Assembly (NCBI GenBank): GCA_028023455.1
Contig: JAQFVV010000006.1
Coordinates: 11,656,001 to 11,720,000, forward strand
Direction: 5' to 3'
Length of the DNA stretch: 64,000 nt
DNA from: Epiperipatus broadwayi
Taxonomy: Eukaryota; Animalia; Onychophora
Positions 26,765-38,900 of this stretch are shown here, piece after piece; the first letter of the stretch is position 1; every line of letters starts with the position of its first letter. The notes under the pieces were generated by a model. The model was not told where the DNA came from and made no database searches. It saw only the letters and a program-made list of their open reading frames with translations. Made by a program: the position numbers and the translations under genes.

Positions 26765-27581
26765 GTGAGAGCTTCCTTTTTTTTTTCACAGTTTTCTATC
26801 AAAACTTTTTGCCCCAAGAACGAAAGACTTATTTTTGGGCACATCTTAAAGAAAAAAAAAGTTTGAAATGTTTTTTTCTTTTAAAGAATTGAAAGAAAGA
26901 AAAAAAATTTAAGCCATTGCTACATGTTAAACTTTTTTATTTTTTGGTTGTAGAATTATTTGGAAATTTCAAGTCTGACTGTAATCAGAAAAAATTAATT
27001 AATTTTTTTTTGTATGTATATTACATAAGATTTTATAAATTTTCTTTACAAAAAAGAAAAAAAAATGTTATAATTAAAATTTTTATTACGAAAGTATTTT
27101 TTTAAGAAAGTAAGGCATTAAAAGAAAAATTTTCAGTATCTTAATTCTCAAAATGTAGCTAAAGTGAGGCTTTGAAATTATATTTTTATAATTTACAAAT
27201 GTTTTCTTATATATATTTTCTTACTGACACAGTGTGTGGGAGCACATACATGTAGGTAATTTATTTTTGTATTTCACCTCAATATGAATATAATTTATTG
27301 TGAGGTAAAAAGTAATAAAATGAAATTATCCCTATATTTATATATAGACACATCTCTCTGTGTATGTGCACGTGTGAGTATACATGCTATTTTTTATATC
27401 TAAACAGAATTCTAATCAGAAAGTACATCAAAGTGTTTACCTATTGGTAATAATTATTTGATTATAATGCTTATTAATGTGTGTGAGTGAGGGCGTAGGA
27501 AATTGACACAGCCAACATTATTTCATGAAAAATAAATATTATAAACTATAAATTTTGTAATGATAACAGTTTCTATAAAAG

Positions 27582-27830
27582 ACCGAGAGGAGATCGCATG
27601 AGATAGATGGGAAAGGGAAGTTTGCCAAGGGTTGTTTAGACGGGTGGATAGGAGAAATTGGATTGAACTCAGCATTTCATCATGTAGTTGGTTGGTTATG
27701 ATTTAGAGGAGACCACACGTGAGATGGATGGGATAAGGAAGATTTGTGAGGGTTGTTTAGAAAGTTGGATAGAAGAAATGAATTAAACTCAGACTTTCAT
27801 TTTATAGTTGCTTGACAATGGTTGAAATTG
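27582..27830 (+). mobile_element. Tandemly duplicated RTE-like LINE 3' tail (~120 bp x2)
   Basis: gagatagatgggaaagggaag...gggttgtttaga...attgaactcag repeats as gagatggatgggataaggaag...gggttgtttaga...attaaactcag. RPRG/RW-type coding remnant. Confidence 0.5.
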
Positions 27831-28359
27831 TTATGGGATTGGCATGTAAAACAATGGTGTGTTCACTTTCTATTCAAGAATAAATAGCCATTTATATATT
27901 ACCTCACCTATGTATTATATGTATTGGGCATTTTTTTTTTTTTTGTTAGCATTCCATATGCTAATTTGTCGAGGTCATAGAATACTTCCATGTAATATTA
28001 TGTTCTGAATTTTGGATTATCAAATTACAAATCCTTTTTGTATATATTTTTTTTTATTAGATTGAATATTATGAATTTATTAGTTTATAGAAAATTAATA
28101 ATACAGGATTATATTTAATTATTATTATTACAATAAACAATTTTTATTTTAAATAGGTATTATAGTGGTAATGGATATACTTCCTTTTGTATTCTAAGAA
28201 AAAAAAAAAGCAAATTGTTGAATATATAATTTATTTCCTATTTGCTGCAGAAAATAACACATTGAAGATTTTATAAGCTGTTTTTCCTCCCAGTTTTTAT
28301 TTAAAATAAACATTGTTAGATTTTTTTTTTTTTTTATGGAATATTTTTATTTTATTTAG

Positions 28360-28433
28360 GGAGGGCAGCTTTACAAAAACGTATAATGGCACTTTTAAGG
28401 AGGATTGAACACTGTACACCAGGGTGCTCACAG
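28360..28433 (+). CDS. NF1: Neurofibromin exon (G)RAALQKRIMALLRRIEHCTPGCSQ
   Basis: tttag|gg acceptor, cag|gtagta donor. 74 nt, phase 1 to 0. Matches human NF1 GRAALQKRVMALLRRIEHPTAGNTE. Confidence 0.96.
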
Positions 28434-29833
28434 GTAGTATAATATTTAGAACATCATTAATATTGCTAATTGAAATATAATTATCATTATATATATGTGT
28501 GTATGTGTAAGTGCTTTATTTTATTTCAAGGAAGGTAAAACTAAGAAAGTTGCAGTATAAATTAGAAATTTGTCATTGGGAAGAGGAAGTAAAACTAGAA
28601 AGTGGCATGCCTTTAAATGCAATTCTGCTCCTTGAAGATTATGCCACCCCTGTTAATAAGTCTGTTAAGAGTTAAAAGTGATGGTTTCATTGTAAAAAAT
28701 AAACTGCAAAATAGCTCTGCGGTTTAGTACAATGATATGATGTCAACTCTGGAATATGGGTTCCTAGGATTTATTCAGATGCCAGTATTTCCAGCACTCA
28801 ACTTTCTTATGGATTCAAAAGCAACAAAACCAATTTGAATATTTTAACTGCAAAATTTGAGAGGATTTGAAAATCTTATGAATAGGTATCAAATTCTATA
28901 CATTGTGATGAGCAACTGTGACAGTGGTGCAAAATCTTTTTAAACTTGTAACCCCCTTCCTCGGATGAAAATTTGACATGACCCATTCTTTGCTTATCTT
29001 TTTACACTTGTGACCTCTTTCCTCAGATGAAAATTTGACACGACCCATTCTTTGTTTTTATCATGCTTAAATTATAAGTGCGCGTATGTAAAGATGTTCA
29101 TAAAAAATAATAGTCGTTTTAATTAATATACAAATTTATATTCTAATATTTTAGTATTAAACACACACGCAATCTGAGATGAATTTTTTGAAAAAATCAT
29201 ATACTTATAAAAAAATATATATATATTCCAAAACAATGAATTTTTATGTGATTTTATCTATTTTAAAAAATTAAATTCTTTCAAAAAAAAAAAACAAAAA
29301 CATTTGTCATTAGAGAAGGCACAAACCACACTTTACACACACACTACTGGTCTGTTATGATAGATTGATGAGGGAGAATGGCGATATTACATTGAGCTAT
29401 GATCATGTAAGACTATACGTTAAATATGTTAATAATGTGCGATAAGCCTAAATATGCTAAATAAAGATATCCTCACTTGTTTCAGGGCGTTAAACTTTGG
29501 CCATAATTACATGGCTATACTCTGTTTCTATACTGATATGGTTTATCACAATATTCTCCATAATATTTTTTAGTCTTTATGTTAATCCTATGTACTTCAC
29601 TGATCAGTCCGATCAACATTCACCCTCCATTTTTCAAAAATCACACTAGTTATTCACAGATGAAATTAAACATGGTTGTGATACTCTGATGTGGCAATTT
29701 TTCATATAGAAATAATTGAAATCTCACAGTATTTAATTGAGGTATAATAAAATAATTTAGTTACAGTTTATTAATACTATAATTTTCCAGGTATACAATT
29801 ATTTAGTCTTTTCTGAAAATCGTAAAACTTAAG

Positions 29834-32174
29834 AGAAGCTTGAAGACAACAATCCTCAAGAATATGAACTTGATGAAGATAGAGAAGAAGAATGCTTACA
29901 TGGGATTACAGATATTCTGAATAAAATTAAAGATATGCCGGATAGTACACACCCTGGCCCTCATGCAATTCCAAAATTTCTCTTACTTCACATGAGCAAT
30001 TTTGCTGTTCAGATAATTTTCAAAATGATAAACCTTCTTTCAAGTAATCACATTACCGTAAGGGGTCTCTATTCTATGTCCATGGTGCCGTTTTTAAAAA
30101 AATCTACATTTCCATCGCCTATTGAAAACATTAGGCCTATTTCCTGCACCATTGATGATTAAGGTTATTGAGTCCATAATAAAAGACAAAATACAAATGA
30201 AGATTCTTCAAACAGTATCAGAACACACCAGTACGTTAGAAAAGGCTCATCCATTTCAGATGCTGTATCATTATTTAGAATAATTACCAACCAACACAGA
30301 ATGTCCATGAAAAGGAGGCCAATAGTGGTACAAATTGACATATCAGCAGCCTTCGACTCGGTTCGCGTTGACAGGCTTCTTGCACATCTAGAAAACTGCA
30401 ATATCCCATATCAAACACTATGCATTATCTCTAATCTATTAAACAACAGAGAAGTTCTGATCACGCTTAATGGGGAATATACCACTGGTTTTAAACCGCA
30501 GGCTCCCCCCTTGAGTGCTCTATTCTTCATAATGCACATTAACCCTTTGCTTATAGAACTTGAAACCAGACTTCCAGGCATATACATTCTATCAATACAG
30601 AAAACAATTGTCTATATTACCTATATGGATATATTGCAATATTCCTACCATCCAAAAAATTTCTTCCTGCTGTACAGTCAATACTGACAGATACTTGAGT
30701 ATGACCTTAAATTTAATCTAGACAAATCATCTACACGGTGCATAGCAACAGGACAATATTTACCCTCTCAGTTCTCAGCAAAGCCACATAATTTTCTTGG
30801 CATTCTGATGCATAAGTCTAAAACAGAATTGAGGAAATATATTCAAGAAATACTATTACCCACAATCCAAGCTACCACAAGGGTACTTTCAATTGCATAA
30901 TTGTCAATGCACGCTAAATGTTCATTAATTAATATGCTTATCCTTTTGAAATGAATTACATGCCGGCAATTAATTTTACAAAATCTTTTGAGAGAAAGAT
31001 TAATATCATCTGTTGCAAACTATTATGGCAAGGAAAGGTAGCAGCTATCATCCTGAAAAACCTTCAAAAGAATTTATAGCATAATGGTCTGTCACTATTC
31101 TCACTGAGCTTGGTTCTTATTCAAAGGAGTAATAACACTTTGGTAAGATTGATTGACAAGTTCCCTGATATCTATAAATTCACCATAATGCCTCCCACAG
31201 AAAGATCTTCCCCCCCATCTCCAACCGCTGGCTTAAAGAAGTAATTGAACAAGTCTCAGTTTGCTTGTTATCTAACAATAGAGTTGGAGAAAAGAAACTT
31301 AAATACTGGGAAGCCTATCAAATCACCCATACTGAAAATCATTGTTCTCCCACATTGCTTCAAGATTTAAACTATGGTCTCTAGAACCAAAGTATCTTGA
31401 TTTCTTAATTAAAGTTAATCTTGAAGTGTTACCAACCAATTATTTCTTACATGTCAGAAGAGGGATCTCGAGAATAGATCCTACATGCCCTCTCTGTAGT
31501 AGAACAGATGAAACCACAAGAGACCTCATTTTTGATTATTTTGCTTTGAAAGATTTTCAATCCCTGAGTTCTAAATATTACCGGATTGGAAAATGCCATA
31601 ATAAACACACTAATAGATAGCATATTTCCTACATAAGGATTTCTCCTTTTTTGCTATTTGCATTTTGGACAGTAAGATGCCAATTATGCTACAGGTAAGC
31701 ACAGCAGACACTACAAACACTTACACTGAATAAAATTAAAAAAAAATAATAGAAAGAGATTTTAAAATCTCACCCTCAGAAATCTATGGTGCTACATGGG
31801 ACCTTGTTAAAGTCTAAGAATGAAAAGCAGACTTAAGTCTATTCTCAACTCAAAACTGGTCACTCATTGTTTTAGAGTTGTATAGTCATAGAAAAGGATT
31901 GCAACAAATCGCATCATATAATCACTGCTGTATAAAAATAAAATTACTTTCATCCAGAATACATATTGACTTATGTTGAAATACTATCAAGGTAAGATTT
32001 AAACTGTACATACAGAAAAAACGATTTATTTACAGTGCAGGAACTACTCATACTAACTACGATTCCTGTCCTTTTGTTTCATTGGTTATACGTAATTTGT
32101 AAAAAATAAATTATATCGTGTATCATTTTTGTATTCGAATAAATTGTTTATTATTATTATTATAAAAAAAAAAA
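29834..32174 (+). mobile_element. 5'-truncated L1/Tx1-like LINE (RT plus zf-RVT-like region), degraded, with poly(A) and TSD
   Basis: Motifs PGPHAIP, IRPISC, VQIDISAAFDSV, PLSALFFIMHINPL, KFNLDKS, FLGI and VLPT...CPLCSRTDET. Ends aataaa...(tta)n-poly(A). 10-bp TSD aaaacttaag at 29824-29833 and 32175-32184. Confidence 0.9.
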
Positions 32175-33159
32175 AAAACTTAAGGAAATGCATTATATTT
32201 AACAAATGTCACTGTAAATCCTTTCAAAATGATATTCTTCTAATATAAATTTGATTCTTCTTTAAACTCTTATCTCTTTCTCTTTTTTAAATTTTAGAAA
32301 ATTATATTTTAAATTGACATTTCACAAATCCCTATAGAAAGACAAATAGCAAATAAAAGCATTCAAACATCTTCAAAAAATTGTCCAAGTGTTTATCCCT
32401 GATTATTTTTTTAAAATGTTGATTATACAAACCACAGTGTATAATATAATATTATTACATGATCAATACTGATTGCTGTTAGCAAATATTCCATGCTTTT
32501 AATGGATTTAGGATATAGTTTCATATTAATTTCAATCATCTTTGTCTTCACAGTCCTCATGTATATATATATTCCAAATAAAGTTAGACTATCAATTATA
32601 CCTCCAGTGTAAATCTTGATATCTCTAATAACACAGTATCTGGAAAATTAATCATTTATAGAGATGGACAGCCTTCGAATCCTAACCTTTATCATATAGT
32701 GTCTGTAAATTAATAGTTCATAAAGGTTGTGCGCTGATAAACAGTATTCTTTTTTAATCATTTCTATTCCTAAATCTTGAACATATACTTAACTATAATA
32801 AGAACTTGCAAATCATTATATTTTTACAATAGAATTTTCAAATATAATACAAGTCTCAATCTCATATAAGGCAATGTTCGATTACTTTTGATAATAAAAT
32901 AATTTATAATTGGAAGTGGAAATTGATTATAATATTGACTTTTATTTTTATCTAATTCTTGGGACATTTCATGTTTAATGGAACATTTTCACACATGTGT
33001 CTTCACAGTGTATTTATCGCTATGATTATTGTGTTCTCTTGCTAATTTATATATTTTAGAATTATATTAGAATCTAAATTTTATAATTACATCATTTATT
33101 TAAAGAGGGTAGATAATTTTTTTTTTTTTGACAAAGGCCATTTAGATATAACCACTTGG

Positions 33160-34880
33160 ATATTTCTATCATTCGTGGCCATACAAAATTATCAGCTTAA
33201 AAATTAGCCTGCTATATTTGATCAAAAATTTAATCAATTCACCACCTGATATGACAGTTAAAATAAAATAACTGCTCACTGCAGTAATTTTTTCAAACCC
33301 CAATAAATATTTCAATGCGTGTCTCCTCAAAGTGAGAAATTCATCATTACTTATGTGACATTTATAGAACCTAAGCAATGGTAAGTTGTTGTAACCAGCT
33401 TATCATCACTTTGCAGTTGAATGATTTCATATTGTGGATTATTGGGTGCATCAGCTGGTTCCACCTCGAATAGTGCAGCAAAGATATTCAATTTCTTTTG
33501 CTTTTCATGTCCTTAAATCTTTCATTAAATACCCTAATTAGTTGCACACATTCACTGACATATTCAAGTGTTGTAGAATGCCTCTCTCCTTTTAGAGTGG
33601 GAAAATGCTTACATTATTACTTTTTTTGAGTTTCACTGTCCATAGCTTAATTTAGCTTCATATGATTTTGCACTTGAAAGCAGGCAGCTGAAAAGCTGAT
33701 TGAGGTTTATGATCTGATGTTCAGCTCTGAGATGTACTTGGTAATATCCTCCATGATTATTAAATCATACATCCATTTACTATCATTGAATTTTTTGATA
33801 AGTCTGCCCTTCATCTCCACGAATTGTTTGCTTCATCCCTAGTTCGTATAACCTCATGCCGTATTCCTGCGACTCGGCCACCATCCTCTACAATGATTAA
33901 TAAGTCACCCTACTCAGAGTCAAGATCATTTAGTAACTCCTTAAATCATTAGCTGTTTAACTCTCTGTTTTTGATAAAATTAATGCATGACACTACTGTT
34001 GGCATCATATTGTTTTTTTTGGTGCACAATGTAGTGGCATGTAATCTTATTACTTGGATCAAGACAGATGGTTCTTTTTTTTTGATAAATATAATTAATC
34101 CTTCTTGCATGCCAAACTATGCAGGAGTTCCATCTAAATATAATTAATCCTTCTTGCATGCCAACTATGCAGGAGTTTCATCTATAGTAAGGCTACTTTT
34201 CAAATATTAGCTCAAGTTTTTTAATTAATAAAACCAAGTCTCGTTTCTTAAAGTGTCATGCATGAGTTTCAGAGATAGCTGTTTTCATGTGTGTCAAATT
34301 CTGCAATTATTTCTCAAAAGAAAATAGTCAGTTGTTGAGTTTGTTATATTATTTGTTGTCTTGTCACAAGCCAGAGGGAAAAATAGGAAATCTCTTGCAG
34401 AATTCCTCAATATTTTTTCAATGTCTTACGATCAATTAGTAATTCAGTCTGAGGCAGTTCTTCGAGATAAACTAACAGTCTGAAATATTTCTACAGCATG
34501 CACTTTTTCACAAAACTCTTTTTCTACATGAGATCTTGGCTTTTTGTGATTAACTCACTACATAATTCATTTGAATAACATTGACTCTGTCATAATGACG
34601 CCTAGTGAAGTTGACTTTTTTGTATTTCACTCTGCCGAAGAGCATTGATCTTATCCAAAATGCATGTGACTTCCCAATTTTTTGAGTTTAGCATGTTTTC
34701 AACTATAATGATACTCCAGTTTGACTTTTTTCATTACGGCTAATATATCGCCCTAAATTAGGCAGGTTTGCTTTTAACTGCAATAAAAAAAAAGTCATTG
34801 TCCATTTCTCGTGAAAGGATCGATATTCAGCATCAACTTTTCCTTTCTTCATAGTTGCCATTAGTGAGCTGTAACAATAT
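33160..34880 (-). mobile_element. hAT (Charlie/SPIN-like) transposase remnant
   Basis: Minus strand: KGKVDAEYRSFHEKWTMTFFFIAVKSKPA, IFQTVSLSRRT, FFPLACDKTT and FYKCHISNDEFLTLRRHALK (dimerisation region). Many stops and frameshifts. Confidence 0.75.
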
Positions 34881-35599
34881 TTAAGTTTTAGTAATTATCC
34901 AATGTGACCTTAGCGATGAGATTTTTTTTTATCATGTCATCAGTGATAGTAATTGCCATTTGTAGAATGTCACCCAACTTAAGATTTGATAACTATCCAG
35001 GTTGTATTGCCAGAGATAAGATTATTTTACTTTGTAGTTGTCATTTGTAGGTTGTTACATAACTTAACTTTTAATAGGTATCCGGTGTGTATAGCTAATG
35101 ATAAAGTTATTTTGCTTTGATTGCTGTTTTAATTATGCATTCTAAATTTGAAGCTTATTCAACATTCATATCATTGATTCGTAAAGTCAATTTTATGCAC
35201 TGCATCACGAAATATAAATTTTATATTGTTATGAAAATAGCTACTAGATTTATTGAATTTCATATTCATCATGTAGTTGCCTTGGTGCGGCTGACAAAAT
35301 GATTTTGTGAACTGTATAAAGCTTGCGGACTGAACGTTCCCTGCGCCTGATTTAAAATATCATTATGAAATCTTTGTATTATCTTTTTTATATTTGCAAA
35401 GAGATAACCTTAACAAACATTTAATGAATACTTATGATTTAAAATAGCATTATGTAACTTGTGTCTTTCTTATTTTATTATTATTATTTGTATTTGCAAA
35501 GAGATAATTTAAAATTTTTTAATCAACACCAATTTTCAAAACAAATATTAAATAAGAATGACCAAACTCTTCTTATAGTAGTGTCACAAAATGCAAGTG

Positions 35600-35770
35600 T
35601 TCGTAATCTATGAATGCAGAAAGGTTTGTGCATAAAACCCCTATCTAGTCACCTACCCATTCAACATCTCCAGACTAGGTTCTAGCTTGTGGATTTCATC
35701 AGTGAGATGGTTTGGATTTGAGAGCACTCCTCCTTGGTTTTAGGATCTAATGCACTTATCCAGCAGCCAC
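35600..35770 (-). mobile_element. Family E repeat copy with degenerate HHR (~35665-35710, minus)
   Basis: Homologous to 45720-45878. Minus strand reads tctca-CTGATGA-AATC-cacaa-GCTA-GAAC-CTAGTC-tggaga. Confidence 0.6.
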
Positions 35771-35953
35771 ATTTTATCACCCAGGAATCCGATATTATAC
35801 ATATATTACATATACACACAAAAGCTTTGAGGATTGAGGTTATATAAATTATACATAAAACGAAAAATATTTGGTGAAAGTGTTGTGTGTGAAAAAATGG
35901 TAGAAATTTCTCTATATATAAAAATAGAAACTTTTAATTTTTATATAATCTAT

Positions 35954-38900
35954 TGTAACGGGCACAGATGTCGTTACATTGTTTTTTTTTATTAGTAAAC
36001 ATGAAAAAAAATAAAAGTTCGCCAATAAAAACTTCTTTTTTAAGAATTAAAAATAAAAAAATCATCTTAAACTCGCATATATATAAAATCGCACAGATAA
36101 ATAATTATTAAAATAAAACTTTATTAAAGAAAAAGTATTTTAAAACTAAATTTTCAGAAAAGATTTAGAGATAAAAATATATGTTTAAGTTTGAAAACAG
36201 ATTAATTAATCTTTTGTAAAATGGAAATGATTATTTTAATTAGTAAACTAGCCTTGGGCATCTAAAATGTATAAGCAACGGTCAGATAGGAAAACAATAG
36301 GAACAGAATGGCCAATGAAAGAAATCCATCGGGGAAATCGGACCTCAACGGAAGGATCATCATCAACGATGACGTAACGTCCATTGGATCCTAAAGTTAT
36401 GTATAAAAGAAAAAATTTGGAAATAAAAAGTGATTTGGTTTAATTAATTAGAAGGAGGAGATGTGACTATATGTGTTAGTGCGGAGTTGAAGGAGAAGGG
36501 ATTGAAAAGACGCACTCTTCAATCCCTTCAGTTGTTAAAAAAAAAAAAGAAATGAAACATCGCTTTTCTTATACTGAGGACAACAGGATCATCGGGGGAT
36601 TTAATGTGGATTCCAAATGGCAAGCAACGGATAAAAGGAACGTTTTGAAATCGTAAGAACTTTTTGAACTCTCAGCTTTAAATATAAATAATTTATGAAC
36701 ATTTCTAAACAAAAGAACTCTAAATACTAAACTTTTCAATATTTATAAATATAAGAATTTCCTATCTGACTAAAGTAGTTAAAATGTTATTTGATGTATT
36801 TCTTTTGTAAAATCATTTCCATTTATATTTTTTTTGTTCTTTAAGTTTTATTATGATTTCTGTTTTCCGATAAATTAAAATATATCAATGATAAACTTAA
36901 GTCGGGCGTGAATGGCTGTATAGATTTGTAAAGTTATATTAGGGGAGGGTAATCTTAGGTTATTCGTGTCGTTGTTGAATTGGGTCAATGGATTGGATAT
37001 ATTGATGTAGTTAGTAGATGTAATGCAAGATTCGCTACGGGCAGAATCGCTTGTATACGCCGCACACTTCCTCTTGCCTAGGGAATGCGATCGTAAGTCG
37101 GCAAAATGACCGCAGTCCGTTTCTATGGAGTTTTTTTTTATTGTTCTTCTCGTTAGATAGATGTAATATTCCTATCTGACGAGAGTCAATGTCTTATCTT
37201 AACCTATTTTGTGTTGCCGTATTCGTATTACATTGAATACATCGATATATCAGATGGATTGACGCCAGGTTGACTGCGAACTTTTAGCCTAAGGTTAAAT
37301 GGGGATAGAATGTTTTATCTTCAAATGCAAATCTATGTAGTCTATTCATACTCGACACTAAATAAAAATGCATTAAATTTAAGTTGTTTATAGACGCTTG
37401 CATGGATTCGTTACCGGCTAATTATGTTTTTGGTTTTCATATTCGATCAAAATATATATAGACATTCGGTAAATACTGATACCTTACGGTGAGTATCTAA
37501 AATGTATTTATTCGGATGTCTTTTAAGTTATTGGTGCCACTGCGGTATCTTACGATGAATACCAGTGGGTTTCTTGTATTCCCTATGCAATTGACGGTAT
37601 CAATGATTTTGTATTTTGATCGTTTATGTTTATTTTGAAATGTTTTAGCCGTGTAATCTATGTAACCGATCTATACTCAACATTTATAAACAACTTTTAT
37701 AAATCCCTCTGTGCGAACTTATAATAGCATAAAAATTAAAATGTAAATTTAAATTCTAAAATCAAGTTAAAACCCAAAGTAAAAGTTATTCTAAAATAAT
37801 GTTAAATTTTATATATATGTGCGTAAATAAATGTTTGTATGTTAATTACTGGCAGTGGCTTATTTTATTCTTTTTTTAAATTATTCTGAGATAAATTAGA
37901 TAAGAATTTTATTATAAATATAAATCTCTGCTACTCCCAATGAGCTAGTGACATGGGCTAATGACCGGATATCAAAATATATAAAAAAAAAAAAATATTT
38001 TTTTTTTTGACTTACGTATCTGCCTACTTTATAAATTTTTCTAGGTTCAAATGCCTAGATGGCGCCCTGTAGTGCAGATTACGTTAAGCTTACCCTTTCT
38101 CCGGATCATTACAACTGGCCACCCAACTTGGGCTGATCTATTAATAAAAACCACATATACCCTGAGTAAATTTCTTTTTTCAAAATGAAATATTTTTATC
38201 TGTTTACATAAAGTCGTATACTTTAAATCTTATAAAAGCACTGCCAGAAAGAAATAGCACATATATTAAACACGAGAAAGTATTAATAATATTAAATTGT
38301 ATTTAATTAAAAAGAAAGTCAAAAGGTTGCAATTAATATGTTTTTTTTTTTTGTTAATATATATTATGCTTTAACGTGTATAGGCGTGCACAGCCACGTA
38401 AGTTTATGATCGAAATGTGGTGCCTTACGATGAGTACCTTTGGGAATTACTTCAGTGTAACCCTATGTATGCATTTCAATCAGTCATAAATAAGTTGGTG
38501 GTATTTATAATTGTGCTGCAAATATACACGTTTAAACCCATTATTCCTTAAAACATATTTACCTCAATGCAACCTTCTTAAATAAATAATTTATAAAATT
38601 TGCTTGTCATGCCATGTGTAAAAATAAAATGTATAAAAAAATAGAACTCTTGTGGGGAGGAGGTGAACGTAAATGGTCCTTAGGAAAGCGATGCTCAACA
38701 TTTTTTTTTGTATATAGTCTTTTTGTAAAGTTACTAACCGGATGTTTTTGTAAATTTTGTTAATCGTGTACCGTAATTACTAACCCTAAGTAAAATATTT
38801 TTTTTTTGTTCATTTTTTTTTAAGCAAGTTTACTGATATGTAACGGGCACAGACGTCGTTACATTGTTTTTTTTTTATTAGTAAACATGAAAAAAAATAA

